A DNA stretch of 59,942 bases, the filler included, from Basidioascus undulatus (taxonomy: Eukaryota), in the NCBI GenBank assembly GCA_000826855.1. It is 4 parts of 4 records of this genome, joined end to end, with 100 filler letters (N's around TTAATTAATTAA, not from the genome) between each part and the next. Parts side by side here need not be neighbours in the genome. Positions count along the whole stretch, not along the records: positions 45,064 to 59,942 come from JTLS01000684.1; 3 more parts are not named here. One strand, given 5' to 3'. The notes under the pieces were generated by a model that saw only the letters and a program-made list of their open reading frames with translations, did not search any database and was not told where the DNA came from. Made by a program: the position numbers and the translations under genes. Each line of letters begins with the position of its first letter. Position 1 is the first letter of the stretch. Positions 48,937 through 59,942 of the stretch are shown piece after piece.

Positions 48937-51709
48937 ATGATCCGCCGTATACTCGTCCCAATCTCAACAGTAACGCGCTTTATCAGACCCCACACTCACA
49001 TTCGATTCGCCTCCTTCTTCGCCATGACGACCCCGGACGACCCCGCCCCGCCTGGGCATCGCATCGCGTCCGAAAACACCACGCGCATCTTCGTCCCCGT
49101 GAACGAGATCGGCGGGGGCACGAGCGCCAACGGGGCGTTCATCAACCCTGTGCAGGAGTTTAACCGCGATCTTAGCATTACGGCTATCACGATGTGGAGC
49201 GAGCTCGTGGAGGAGGAGAAGAGGGAGAACTTCGAGGCGAAGCAGAGGAAGAAGGCGGGAGGAAAGGGAAAGAAAGGTGCGTGTGAAGTTTCTGTGCCAT
49301 GAAATATAAAATAGAAGGCTTGAGAAGGAGGATCATGTGTGCAACCTGTCTCTGGAGCCTGAAGGGCTGCTGGAAGGGCACGCTCAGCAAGCTGACCACA
49401 CTCCGAATCCTTACCCGTATAGCTACCAGCGACGCCGCAGCGCCGGCGGCTGCTCCTGCCCAGAGATCCGCATCAGAACAACAAGAACCAGCACCAGCAG
49501 GGGCTGCGGTTGAGGGTTTCGCGAAGGAGGGTCAGGACGTAGCGGACGGCGCGGCGGCGACTGCGAGTGCGCCTGCAGGGCAGTCAGCAGGACACGTGCG
49601 TCTTCGTAACCTGCCACAGGATCCCTGTTGTCACATTAACCATCTATTTCCAGTCCGAATGGTTCTACAGCTTCACCCTCCTGGAGGCGCTCTCCGCTAC
49701 CGGCCTGCGAGCCATTCGGTATGCGAAGGAGATTCCAAAAGTCAAGTGAGTCAAGCCATTCTCTCACCCAAAACAGGCCTCCATTCTCACAAAAATTCCG
49801 CAGGTGGGTCCTCGCGAACGACTTCTCGCCCGCAGCGGCCGCGACGATCCGGCAGAATGTCGCCCTGAACGGGCTGGGACCGGACGAGTCGGCGGGGGGC
49901 GACAAGCTCGGCAAAGTGCGGGTGAACGAGGGGGATGCGATGTGTGTCTTTTTCTTTCTTTCTTGCTAGCTGCTTTGGTGAAGCGCGAGGTGTACTCACG
50001 CCCAAGATACGCAGCGGGCTGATGTACTCCCATCGGGACGAGAAGCGGCGGTTCGACGTTGTCGACCTCGACCCGTACGGCACTGCGTCACCGTTCATCG
50101 ATGGCGCTGTGCAGGCAGTTTCTAACGGAGGTGCGCAATATCGGGGTTCGCAGCGTGCGGCCGATGCTTATGGAGGGCGGCGACAGGTCTGCTCTGCGTC
50201 ACCTGCACCGATCTCGCTGTTCTCGCGGGTTCGAACTATCCCGAGAAATGGTTCGTGTCCCCCATTTCTTCCTTCCGACTTCCAGCTGATAGAGGATCCC
50301 ACAGCTACTCGAACTACGGCGGCACGTCCGTCAAAGCCGAGTACTCTCACGAAGCTGTACGCCATGCCCCCCCGGACTCCCCCGCATGTCCCGTGTTGAC
50401 TGATCCGCCCATGGGGACTTTTCCAGGCGCTGCGTCTCGTCCTCCACTCCATCTCCACCTCTGCCGCTCGCTACGGGCGCTATATCGTCCCCCTTCTCTC
50501 CCTCTCGATCGACTTCTACGTCCGCGTCTTTGTGCGCGTCTTTGATGGCGCAAACGAAGTCAAGAAGGCGATGTCGTGTGTAGCACCGTCCAAAGCCCCG
50601 TCCATATATCTTATTCCATCGCTGAACATGGCGCTCCTGCTTACAGGAAAGCCGGAACCGTCTACGTCTGCGGCGGGTGCCAGCGCTCCGAAGTCCAGCC
50701 CATCGGCCGGACGACCGAGAAAGTGAACGAAAAGACGGGCGACGTCAATTACAAGTTCCAGACTGCGCCGAGCATCGCTCCCGGCGCCGAGTGCGACGAG
50801 TGCTCTGGTCGCTATCACGTACGCTGGTCGACAAGGCTTTCTTCGCGGTTTCGTCTGTTCTTTGTGTTGCTGATTTGGAGGGGTTGGCGATTGATGGGCA
50901 GGTCGGCGGCCCGATGTGGATCGGCTCGCTCCACGACAAGGCGTTCTGCGAGCGCATCTTGAAGCACATTGATGAGAAGGGCGAGAAGTACGGCACGCAG
51001 GCAAGGATCAAGGGGATGGTCACGGTCGCGTCTGAGGTGCGTCTCTCCAATTCTTTCTACTTCACGCTGTCGCACCGGACTCTCATATTCGCTTCGGAGA
51101 GCGCAGGAGCTCGACGCGCCATTCTACTTCACGCCCACCCGCGTCGCAGGCCATTTCCACTGCACCTGCCCGTCTTTCACTCAAGTCTCGTGCGTGCCTT
51201 TACCCGCTTTTCGAAGACGCAATGCATGACCGTCCTGCGTATAGCTCCGCCCTCCTCAATCTCAAGTATTCCGTCTCGCGCTCGCACGCGATCGCCGGGT
51301 CGATCAAGACGGACGCGCCGCGATCGGTCGTGCACGACGTGTTCCGCGCGTGGACCAAGAAGAACCCGGTCAACATGCGCAAGGTCAAGGACAACTCGCC
51401 GGCGAAGGCGCTGCTCGAGAAGGAGGCTAGGTGCGTCCCATCCATCACATCCCTCCCCGCGCAATGGACACCGCTGACGGCGATGGGTTGGAATAATGCA
51501 GGCACCAGGAGATCGACTTCACGGAGCACCCGCGCGCGCTCGAGATGGCTAAGAGCACAAAGGTCAAGCTCGTCAGGTACCAGCAGAATCCGACGCCGAA
51601 CTGGGGCCCGCTGCCGAAGGCGCCGAGGGGACCAGCACCGGCGGAGGGCGCGGGTGCTGCGAAGAAGCGCAAGCGGGAGGAGGGGGACGAGGGCGAAGAG
51701 GTGGCGTGA
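48937..51709 (+). CDS. TRM1: tRNA (guanine-26-N2,N2)-dimethyltransferase with two in-frame starts (48937 and 49024)
   Basis: [87 protein letters not shown] and [14 protein letters not shown]. Stop TGA at 51707-51709. Confidence 0.95.
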
Positions 51710-51901
51710 TGCACATTCTTTCTTGATTCTTGATTCCATCCAAGGTGCAGCGAGCACGGCGTGGCCAATGAGGTGAGCAAGCTCGGTCGGACGCGGCTGC
51801 GCACCGTTGAAACGCAAAATCGGAATGCTAGCAAAATTGAAACGTCTCTACTCCACCCGACCCTCCTGGAACCGCTCCTGAATCCCAACGAAACACATGA
51901 T

Positions 51902-53081
51902 CTAAAACCCAAAGACCCGCTTGCGCACCGCACCCGCCGCGGCCCCTCCCAGTCCCGCAACGCCCCAGGTGTTCGCCTGCGCGGTGTACGCCGGCGGGGG
52001 CTCGGTCATCGCGCGGCGGAATCCGAAGCGGCTGGGCGTGATGGGGGTCGTCGGGGTCGGAGGAGTCGGGGGGGTTGGCGGGGCGCTGTCGGTTTTGCCC
52101 CACGCGTCGGCCTGCCCGAACGCGACTGCGCCGCGGACACCGGCCTCCCTTATAGGGATGGGAGGAAAAGGCATGGTTCAGCTGGGACTGAGAAGGGAGG
52201 GAGGAGAGGTGGAGAAAATGGCAGCGCACCAGAGCACCCACCCCACTTCCGCTACCCAGCGGTGCACTTCGTACTCTGCATTCAGACGCAGCATCACGTC
52301 AATCACCGACCCCGCTGCTTCGAAGGCGCGCTCGTGCAGCCGCAAGCGCACGTCCGCCTCCTGCGCGATGCGGACGACGGTCGAAACTGTCCCGAAAGCG
52401 AGGTACGGCAACTGCGTATATCTCGGCACGCCGGATCAGCTTTCTTACGACAATGCGCTAAGATTAAAGAAAGCTCGAATGAACCCACAGGAGAGTGTTT
52501 CAGCATCACCGCGCCCGAGACCGCCATGCCGATGACGCGGTCCTGCCAGCGTTGCGCCGGCTTGTTGGGTACTGGCGAAGGCGGAACGGAAGGAGCGGGC
52601 GCAGTGGGGGGTGCTGCGAAGGCGGTGGGGGTCGAGGTTGAGGTCTGCTGGGGAGCAAGGCCGAGCCGGTTGAGGTGCACCCCGAGCTTGGCGCGCAGGG
52701 CTTCCTGCTCTTCAGGGCGAAGGGAGGCGGTGGCGGACGTGGGAAGCGCGGCGAGAAGGAACTCCAGTGAGTGCAGGTGAGCGTCGACTGTGCGGGCGAG
52801 GACAGAGTCAGCGTCAGTATCCTCATCCTCTGCAGGGGTCAGAGAGCTTCAGAGTCACCGGCGAACGACTCGTCCCCAGAGAGATCGGCCTCGGCCGCCT
52901 CGTTCGCCATCTGGATGGCCTGGCGGAGGTGCCTCCGGCTGAGCGCGTTGTTCAGGAGCGGTGGCGGGGGCGGCGCGCGACGTGCGAACGAGAGTGAGGG
53001 GAACGAGCGCGTGCTGCGGCGGTCGAGGCCGCGGTGCGCTCCGGCGGGAGGGGGTTCGTCGGGCGCGATGTGCGTCGGCAT
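51902..53081 (-). CDS. Hypothetical multi-exon protein
   Basis: Starts MPTHIAPDEPP; helical exons HLRQAIQMANEA, LEFLLAALP, WQDRVIGMAVSGAVMLKHSP and VRIAQEADVRLRLHER..AGVRGAVAF. No family recognised. Confidence 0.55.
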
Positions 53082-53527
53082 TGCGTGCGAGTGACGCTGG
53101 TCGAGAACGGGGGATCAAGGAGTGATTGTGATTGCGGGAAGAGAGGGGCCAGGGCAGGCAGGGAACGGGCTGCGAAAGAGCGTTTTGCAAATGCAGTAGT
53201 AAGAAATGAAAAAGCGACAGGAGCGGGAAAATGGCGTGGCAAATTCTGATCTGGTAAAGCCTTTATGGAGAGCGATAACGCAACCTTGGATCCTTGGGGC
53301 GGATGAAAGGGGCAGGTCGCAGATGGTGTTATGAGATCAAGGTCAATAACGAAAAGCGTTTCACGTGGAAAATGGTAATCGAGTGAGGACACTGCGGGAG
53401 GCGGAAGTTCCCTTCGCAGGGCGAAAGAGGCGGTGAGACAGAGACGAGGGGCTGACTCGAGCCCGAGATGCGATTTCGCGAAGTTAGCCACTTTATCCTC
53501 ACACACGCACAGCCAAAAAGGTGGGTA

Positions 53528-54482
53528 TCAGCTGTTAAATATGCGGGTGAACAGGCTGTCATGGCGTCCGACGAGGATCTCCCCTAAGGGCCAGGTGGTA
53601 GCAGGGCCCATGTCCTCGTCCACCGCAGCCTGAGAGAAGGAGTCTGCAGGGGATGCATCGAGGACGATGCCAGTGCGCAGGTCTCGCGCCTCCGCCTGTG
53701 CTTCGTCTACCAGGGGCCGTACGTCGCGGAGCAGCAGCTGCTGTGCTGCGTAGGGACCCACGGTGTTGAGACGGACTGAGGAGGAGAGGAGAGATCGGGC
53801 GTTGAGGAAGAGATGGAGGAACTGTGATTTCTCTAGAGGGTCATAAACCCTTGATGAGATATATTTACCTGGACGTGTCATAGACCTAGAGAGACACACA
53901 CCTAATGGTAGACTCAACGCGCCAGTCAACACGCCCCAGCAGACAGGCAAGTGTCCCGGCGTCGCGCCCCGCCGGATAGCGGCCTTGAGCTTCTCCACGA
54001 CCTCCTCGGGCCCACCCTTCTCCCACTCCGCCTTCGGTCGTGCGAACGCCTTGCCATACAGCGTGAACAGCGCGACGCCCTGGGCTCTGCTAGCCCGACG
54101 GGCGACATGGTTGAGCGTCATCGCCTCGCACAGTGCATCGAGCTCGTGCAGCTTCGCGAGCGAGTGAGGGCTCGGCGGGGAGAGGAGGCGGTGCGCATCT
54201 GAGACAAAGGGGAGGGAGGTGCGCGCGTAGTTCGGTAGGGAATGCGAGATGAAAGTGAGCGTGGAGGGTGCGAGCGGGGGTGGAAGGTGGCCGTGGGTGT
54301 AGTACGATTCCAGGCCGGAAGACGCGACGAACTGGGAGCGTATCAGGATCTGGGAGTCAGCGATAGCAGCTTAGGGCAGGGGAGCGAAGACGCACTCCAC
54401 CGGTGGGTAGATTGGAATCGCTGAGGAGGAGGAGGATAAAGTCCGTATCGAGCGCAGGCCCTACCGAGGTGGGCTCTGCCAT
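53528..54482 (-). CDS. ureF: Urease accessory protein UreF
   Basis: FILLLLSDSNLPTGG/FVASSGLES, ARRASRAQGVA, GHLPVCWG, FLNARSLLSSSVRLNTVGPYAAQ and EILVGRHDSLFTRIFNS-stop (the eukaryotic UreF C-terminus). Confidence 0.92.
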
Positions 54483-54597
54483 CGCGGTTGAGCGCCAAGG
54501 GGCAACTCGCGGCGAGGACGCGTCAAGGCGGTCTTCGCCCCTCCGGCGGCCTTGCTTCCGACCGCTGTCTTCTCACTTCGCACCTTCGCAGCTCACA

Positions 54598-55561
54598 ATG
54601 GCGACCTCGACCGAAACCCCTTCAAAAGCGGCAGGCTTTAACTGGCCGATGGACCCAGATGCGTACAAGCGCGTCATCTTCGGCACCACGCTAGCCAGTA
54701 CGGAGCACGACCACCATCCAGCGCGAGGAGGCACCGGAGCTGATGGGCGAGGGGTGGCCGGGCGGCAGGTGCGGCGGGTGGAACGATCATGGCGAGTGCC
54801 GGGGTGTTGAGGAGACAACCTGCTTTTGATGTGTGAGTAAAGTTAACTTCATCAATCCGTTTATCAGGCTGACGAAGCTGGTCGCAGGGGCGTGCAGGGA
54901 GCACGAAGCGGCCTCTTGACCGCATTCGGGTTCTTCAGTTCGTCCCCCACCACATTACCATCTCCCTCCCTATCTACATTCCGCTCAACCGTGATGGACA
55001 CCTTCACCCAGGCATCCGAGAATACTTCCTCATCCCCGCCCTCCGCCTCAGTAACATACAGCAAGAGAAGCCTCAAACCCCGCAGCTCTCCGAGAACGTA
55101 CTCGCTTCTGCGCTCGCGGGCGGCCTGGGTGGTGGTGCTTGGAACACATACCTGCGTGGGTGTTTCTCCAATATCATGACCTCCAGGTCGCAGACGCTTG
55201 GACGCTAAGCTTCGACCTTCTCCCACGCACAGGCGGTCCCCGCGGCGGAGTAAACGGCGCGATAACGGCCGTCATCGTCTGCACCTCACTCCAGCTCATA
55301 TCGAACAAGCTGCACATCGCGCGCATCCGCTTCGTCGCCTCTCGTTCTGCCTCGCCCGACGAGCCTGCGGCCGCCCCAGAACCGCCCAAGCCAGGCCTCT
55401 TGACGCGCTCAAAGGCCTGGCTCGGGTCGCTGAACCCGGTGCGCAAGATACCTGACGAGGAGTATCTCCAGACGCTCTCGAAGAGGAAGGACTATGTGGA
55501 TGGGCGGTTGAAGGAAGTCAGGGCTGAGCTGGAGGAGGTTGAGGGGCTGCTTGCGGGTTGA
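54598..55561 (+). CDS. Small Gly-rich membrane protein with a C-terminal coiled coil (possibly Tim17/22-like), multi-exon
   Basis: Hydrophobic Gly/Ala segments, FGFFSIREYFLIPAL, GGVNGAITAVIVCTSLQ and NPVRKIPDEEYLQTL..LEEVE. Confidence 0.55.
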
Positions 55562-55841
55562 TCGGCATGACCGGGACGCTGCGTCTGGCTAAGGTCTGGG
55601 TGGCGTCGTTGCTGGTCGGGCATGAGATTCTTTCGAGACTTCCAATGCGTACTGTACAAGTGCAAGGTCCCCAACGCGCCTGCGGGCGTCCCAGAAACAG
55701 ACCAAAGACCCGGGGCACACTCATACAGAAATGCATTCACGCCCGGTATCGTCGTTGCAAGATCTTTTTCAGTACAACAGCTTGCTTTGCCGCCAAAACT
55801 TCTCGTTCACCCAACGTTAATCGCTGATCAATGCCGCCATG

Positions 55842-58314
55842 TCAGTTCGTTCCAGTCGAGACCGTGTGCCAAAGCGACTGACCCGCAAGAACCTGCAAAA
55901 CCTGCTCGATGAAAGCGTCGCGCACGCCGTCCGCGCAGTCCGATAGGCCGATGTCGAAGCATCTGCTCAGCGCACGAATGCAGAAATACGAAGTCAGTTA
56001 GGCTGACAATCGAAGAACGGCTCTGAAAGTACACTGCGTACGCCAGCGTTGCCTTCTGCAGCTTCGTCCCGACCTTCGACGCGAGCTCGTGCGCCGCGGC
56101 CTTCAGGCAGCCCTTGACGTACGGCGCATCGTAGGGCGTATGGCCGCACGCGGTATGCTTAAGCGTCTCGATGTCCATGAGCGGCTTATTGAGCATGAGC
56201 TGTGGGCGCGAATCCGGTCAGATGTGCGCTGCACTCAGGGGAAAGTACGCGGCGCACCTCGAGAAGCACGGCCCCGAAGGAGTACACGTCGTGTCGCATG
56301 TCCGCCTGCGGGTGCTCGGACTCGGCGAAGGCGGCGTGCGAGTACAGACGCTGCGCGGGGCCGAGTGCCTCGGGCGAAAGGCGGGAGTCATGCCGTAGAG
56401 GAAGGCGTGCTTGGCCGTGTCGCAGCCGAAGGGGGTACCATCGCTCGGCAGGAGGAGGAAGGCGTCAGAGCGAACCGTCTTGTGCACCTGCGGGGATTTT
56501 TCCTTTGTGAGGTGCAAGGTTTGTTTGGCTAGAGGAGTAACGCTTACCCAGCCGACAGCGTTGATGTGCAGAACAGCGAGGGCAGCTTCGTAGCCGAGGC
56601 GGACGCGAACTTCGAGTGGAAGCTGGATTGTGCAAGAGACACATGATTCTTTACCAGGAATATAAAAGTGGAGGACTTTGGGACTTACGGGCTCGTCGCC
56701 ATACTGCAGCGCCTGGAATACAGTGAGGATCTTGTCCATCGATCCGCAGCGCTCGGAGACGTCATAGATGACTATGATTTGCGTGCGCTCCTTGGTACAA
56801 GCGGGGCTCTTCTTCTGAGTATATGCGACGGGACGGCAACTGTGAAAGAATACGGAGAAATTTAGCCGGAAACGGATGCGAAGATTGATAGCAGCTTGCA
56901 TCTGCATCGCATCGTCTCCGAGCGAAAAGACGGAGCACATCGCCTGTGCGACCAGTCTCCTTCAGCCGTGCAGAGAATTAGTACAAACAGTACACCAAGA
57001 GGAGCGCACCTGGCACTTGTCGACGCAGCCAGCGCAGTCGCCCAGCGATTCCGCCCATCTCGCAGTCGCCAAGACGACCTTCCCCGACTGCCTGATCCTC
57101 CCGATCGCCCTGCCCGTCTGCTCGAGTGCCTCCATCTGCTCCACCTCAAAATATATATGACCCTCCTTCATCTCGACGAGGTTCCCCGCCTGGCCCGCCT
57201 CGTCGGCCGACGGCGTCACAGTCATTGCCTCTTTCTTCACCTCGCGACTCTCGATCGTCTCGCGCGTCTCGACGCGCGTCTCCTCCGACCCGTCGGCGTG
57301 CACGGTCACGACCGTGCGGCGCGTCCAGTCTACTTTGAGGTCTGCGAACGAATCGGAGCTCGACCGCCTGGAGTCGGAGCGCTCCGTCGAGGAGGACATG
57401 TTGCCAGCGACGAGGATGAAGTCGAGGAGGCTCGAGCTGCGATGGCGGTGCTGTCCAAATAACAAAGGTCACATCAGTCCAGACATCAAACGCATACAAC
57501 GCCAGAAGAACGCACAGTCGTGTTAATGGTGCTAGCAGTCGCCGAGCTGGTCAACAGCGAGCGACAGACAGCCGCTGCGCCGAGCCTGTGGACGTCCTGC
57601 AGCCGCTCGCGCATCGCGAAGAGCGCCGAGGAGAGATCTATGTTCGCGGAAGGCGGTGCGCCGCTGGTGGAAGAATCTGGACTCCGGGATGAGCATGCAT
57701 TGTGCGGCTGCGAGTCAAACGAGGAAGCGCACCGAGCAAGAGTTGCACGAGCACGAGGTCCTGCTTTCGCATCCACGATTCGAGCTCGAGTTTTAGCTTG
57801 GTCACTCCGTTCGAGCGGAAGAGCAGAGCGTCCACGTTTAGCTGCTCCATGCAGGACGAGGAGCGGAGGGCGCTCGTGAGGCAGTCGATTTTAGCCTGCA
57901 GCGGATCCTGTCAGCTCCAATGAAACGACAGTGGCCTACAGCGATCATACCTGCAAGTCGACAACAAGATCCCTAATACCGCACTGGTACTTCTCGTCCA
58001 GCCCCTGTTGACCACCCTACGTACGGCAGAAAAGGCAAGTCAGCGACCCTTTTGCGCTCGCCCCGTGCTCTTCAGCATGCTGCAGAACGGACCTCGAGCA
58101 TTTTGATGTACGCCCCAATCATCGCACAGCACTTCTTGACCCACCCACACACGACGACGATGTCTCCCGAGCCGAGGCAGAGGCGCCCGGCGCTCGCGTC
58201 TAGCTCGTCGGCCTGCGACTGGAGCCTGAGGGCGACAACGCTGTAAGCAATCGGCGGACGCAGTCGATGGCAGCTCGTGCCGACTTACACACGCAGAAGG
58301 TCCAGGGTCTGCAT
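55842..58314 (-). pseudogene. N-terminal helical domain plus atypical protein-kinase-like domain (HeLo/HET-associated kinase type) with one apparent frameshift
   Basis: The spliced model starts MQTLDLLRV at 58314. Kinase-lobe motifs are PLEVRVRLGYEAALAVLHINAVGW/VHKTVRSDAFLL, AFLYG, RLYSH..MRHDVYSFGAVLLE/LMLNKPL and KVGTKLQKATLA/CFD..AFIEQVLQVL. The frame changes near 56390. Confidence 0.6.
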
Positions 58315-58752
58315 TGTTGAAGCTATGAAAGGGTTCGGTGGGGTATGCACGGCTGTGGGCGACGATTTGGTGGGGTACGGATGGTCGTTAGATGGCAACC
58401 CGCGCAGGGGGGTCGATACTCGGTGCGGACATTTCGAAACTCACCGCAGGGTGCCGCATCCTCCCGCTATCTTCCTCCGCTGTCAGGATATCCGGAGCGC
58501 ACTCTACTGCCTTTCCATTTATAAAGCTTTATTATGGCGCTGAAGCAATCAGCTACTGTGGGCACTTGGCGTTCCAGCGTTCCCAACTGATGCATGAGCA
58601 AAAGTGATGCGAATGCGAGCAACACAAAGGAAGATATGCGACGAGGTTCCCAAGAGTGCTAAACGCAGAACAAAATCTGAAAAGAGCTAAGCTAGCAAGC
58701 AAACAAGATGAGGAAAGAGAAAAGTCCGACAACGTCCCTGCCTACACAATCC

Positions 58753-59942
58753 TCAGCCCTCGGCCGACGACCAATGCGTCGAGTCCCCACTGGCCGAGTA
58801 CCCATGCGACACGCTGCTGCTGATGCTGCTCCCCATCGCGTCCCGCTTCCGCTCGCGGCTGCGGCCGGGCGTGGCAGGCCCCTGCGCGGGAACAGGGGGG
58901 AAGCGGAAGTGGGACTGGCCTGACTGTGCGGAGCGTGGCGGGGGCGGGACCGCCGGACGGTGGGAGGACCCGCCGCTGGCGTTCGCGGAGTGGGAGCGTC
59001 CCATCGTGCCCGTGCCCGGACCCGGCGGGGGCGGCGGGACGGGGGGAGGCGGGAACTGGAACATGGACGCAGGGGAGGCACCGGTCGAGCGCCGCGGGGG
59101 GCGGGGCGGGGCGGCGATGGGCGAGTGCGGGCGCGAGGAGGGCGTAGTGGGGCGGAAGGAGGAGACGTGCAGCTGCACGGTCAGCTCGCTCGCTGCGGAC
59201 TGGAGGTCCGAGAGGCTGTGCCCTAAGTTGACGGGGAACTGCCGCCGCGTGCTGAGGCCTTTGATCGTCGACGCTGTCCAGATGACGAGCTGTGCGTGCG
59301 CGTAGAATGTAGCGCATCGTAAAAAAAAAGTGAAGGCTAAACAGCGCACCTTGTTGAACGCCGACGCATCATCAAACAGCGACCTAATGTCCTCAGACCC
59401 CGCAGCGCGGAGCCCCCTCCTCCCTGCGTTGTGCGCGGACTTGACGCGCTCGTGGCTCTCCCTCAACCGACGCGTGAGCGCCTCGCCCTCGACCGCGCGC
59501 TCTCGCAGCGTAGAGAGCACAGGGTCCCCGACGGCCGCTGCGTCGTCGAGCCCGCCCGCGAGGGCGGGCCAAACGCTCGCGCCGAGCTCAGCGGCCGCCT
59601 CGATCTGGTCGAGGAGTTCGTCCTCCCCCACTGCTCCGCTGCGGCTCCCGGACGAGCTGCCCCCGCGACTCATGCTCTGCGACGCGCCGCCGGAGCCGCC
59701 GGGGCTACCGGAGGGGATCGTGCCGAGCGACGGCTCGAACGAGAACGAACGCGTGGAGTATGGGGGCGGGGCCTGCGTGCTCGGCGGGCGGATGGACAGC
59801 GACGGGAGCTGCTGCCGTGCGCCTGTGCCGGGGGACCAGGAGTCGTCCGGCCCGCCGCCCGTCGAGCGATGCAGCGCTGCGCCGAGCTCGAGGTCCTCGG
59901 ACGTGTCCGATCCCGCCTGCCGACGCGATTTGCGGCGGGGCG
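58753..59942 (-). CDS. SOG2: RAM signalling network protein Sog2, 3' part
   Basis: LLDQIEAAAELGASVW..RSLFDDASAFNK/LVI..IKGLS..ELTVQLHVSSF resembles the conserved Sog2 C-terminal helical region, followed by a Pro/Ser-rich tail. Confidence 0.65.
   Translation of the reverse strand, partial: PRRKSRRQAGSDTSEDLELGAALHRSTGGGPDDSWSPGTGARQQLPSLSIRPPSTQAPPPYSTRSFSFEPSLGTIPSGSPGGSGGASQSMSRGGSSSGSRSGAVGEDELLDQIEAAAELGASVWPALAGGLDDAAAVGDPVLSTLRERAVEGEALTRRLRESHERVKSAHNAGRRGLRAAGSEDIRSLFDDASAFNKVRCLAFTFFLRCATFYAHAQLVIWTASTIKGLSTRRQFPVNLGHSLSDLQSAASELTVQLHVSSFRPTTPSSRPHSPIAAPPRPPRRSTGASPASMFQFPPPPVPPPPPGPGTGTMGRSHSANASGGSSHRPAVPPPPRSAQSGQSHFRFPPVPAQGPATPGRSRERKRDAMGSSISSSVSHGYSASGDSTHWSSAEG

Overview
This is intron-rich, GC-rich fungal DNA, most consistent with a basidiomycete (GT-AG introns of about 45-140 nt with gtgcgt/gtgagt/gttcgt donors). 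It is not one locus. Three identical 100-nt spacers (44 N + TTAATTAATTAA + 44 N) join four contigs of decreasing length (14937, 14936, 14890, 14879 bp), so adjacency across the spacers is artificial. Contig 1 carries a Wee1/Swe1 kinase, a DszC/SfnB-type flavin monooxygenase, a levoglucosan/AnmK-family kinase head-to-head with an UNC-93/Ngt1-like MFS transporter, an orphan gene, and a PEX5 with a Pex7-binding motif. Contig 2 carries a 6TM voltage-gated K+ channel, tRNA-Glu(TTC), a CpG-erased transposon relic, a protein with tandem Crinkler-type N-terminal domains, a MYND-finger protein, an orphan gene and a HECT_2/UBE3D fragment. Contig 3 carries an LRR pseudogene, THADA/TRM732, an orphan, PI4K type II (LSB6), DAD1 and a partial gene. 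Contig 4 carries the RMD1-family 3' end, a secreted MRJP/yellow protein, TRM1 with a second upstream start, an orphan, UreF, a small membrane protein, a frameshifted helical-domain plus atypical kinase-like gene, and the SOG2 3' end. The best candidates for undescribed biology are the anhydro-sugar kinase/transporter divergon, the helical-domain pseudokinase and the tandem CRN-domain protein. All family calls come from motif recognition by eye; no searches were run.
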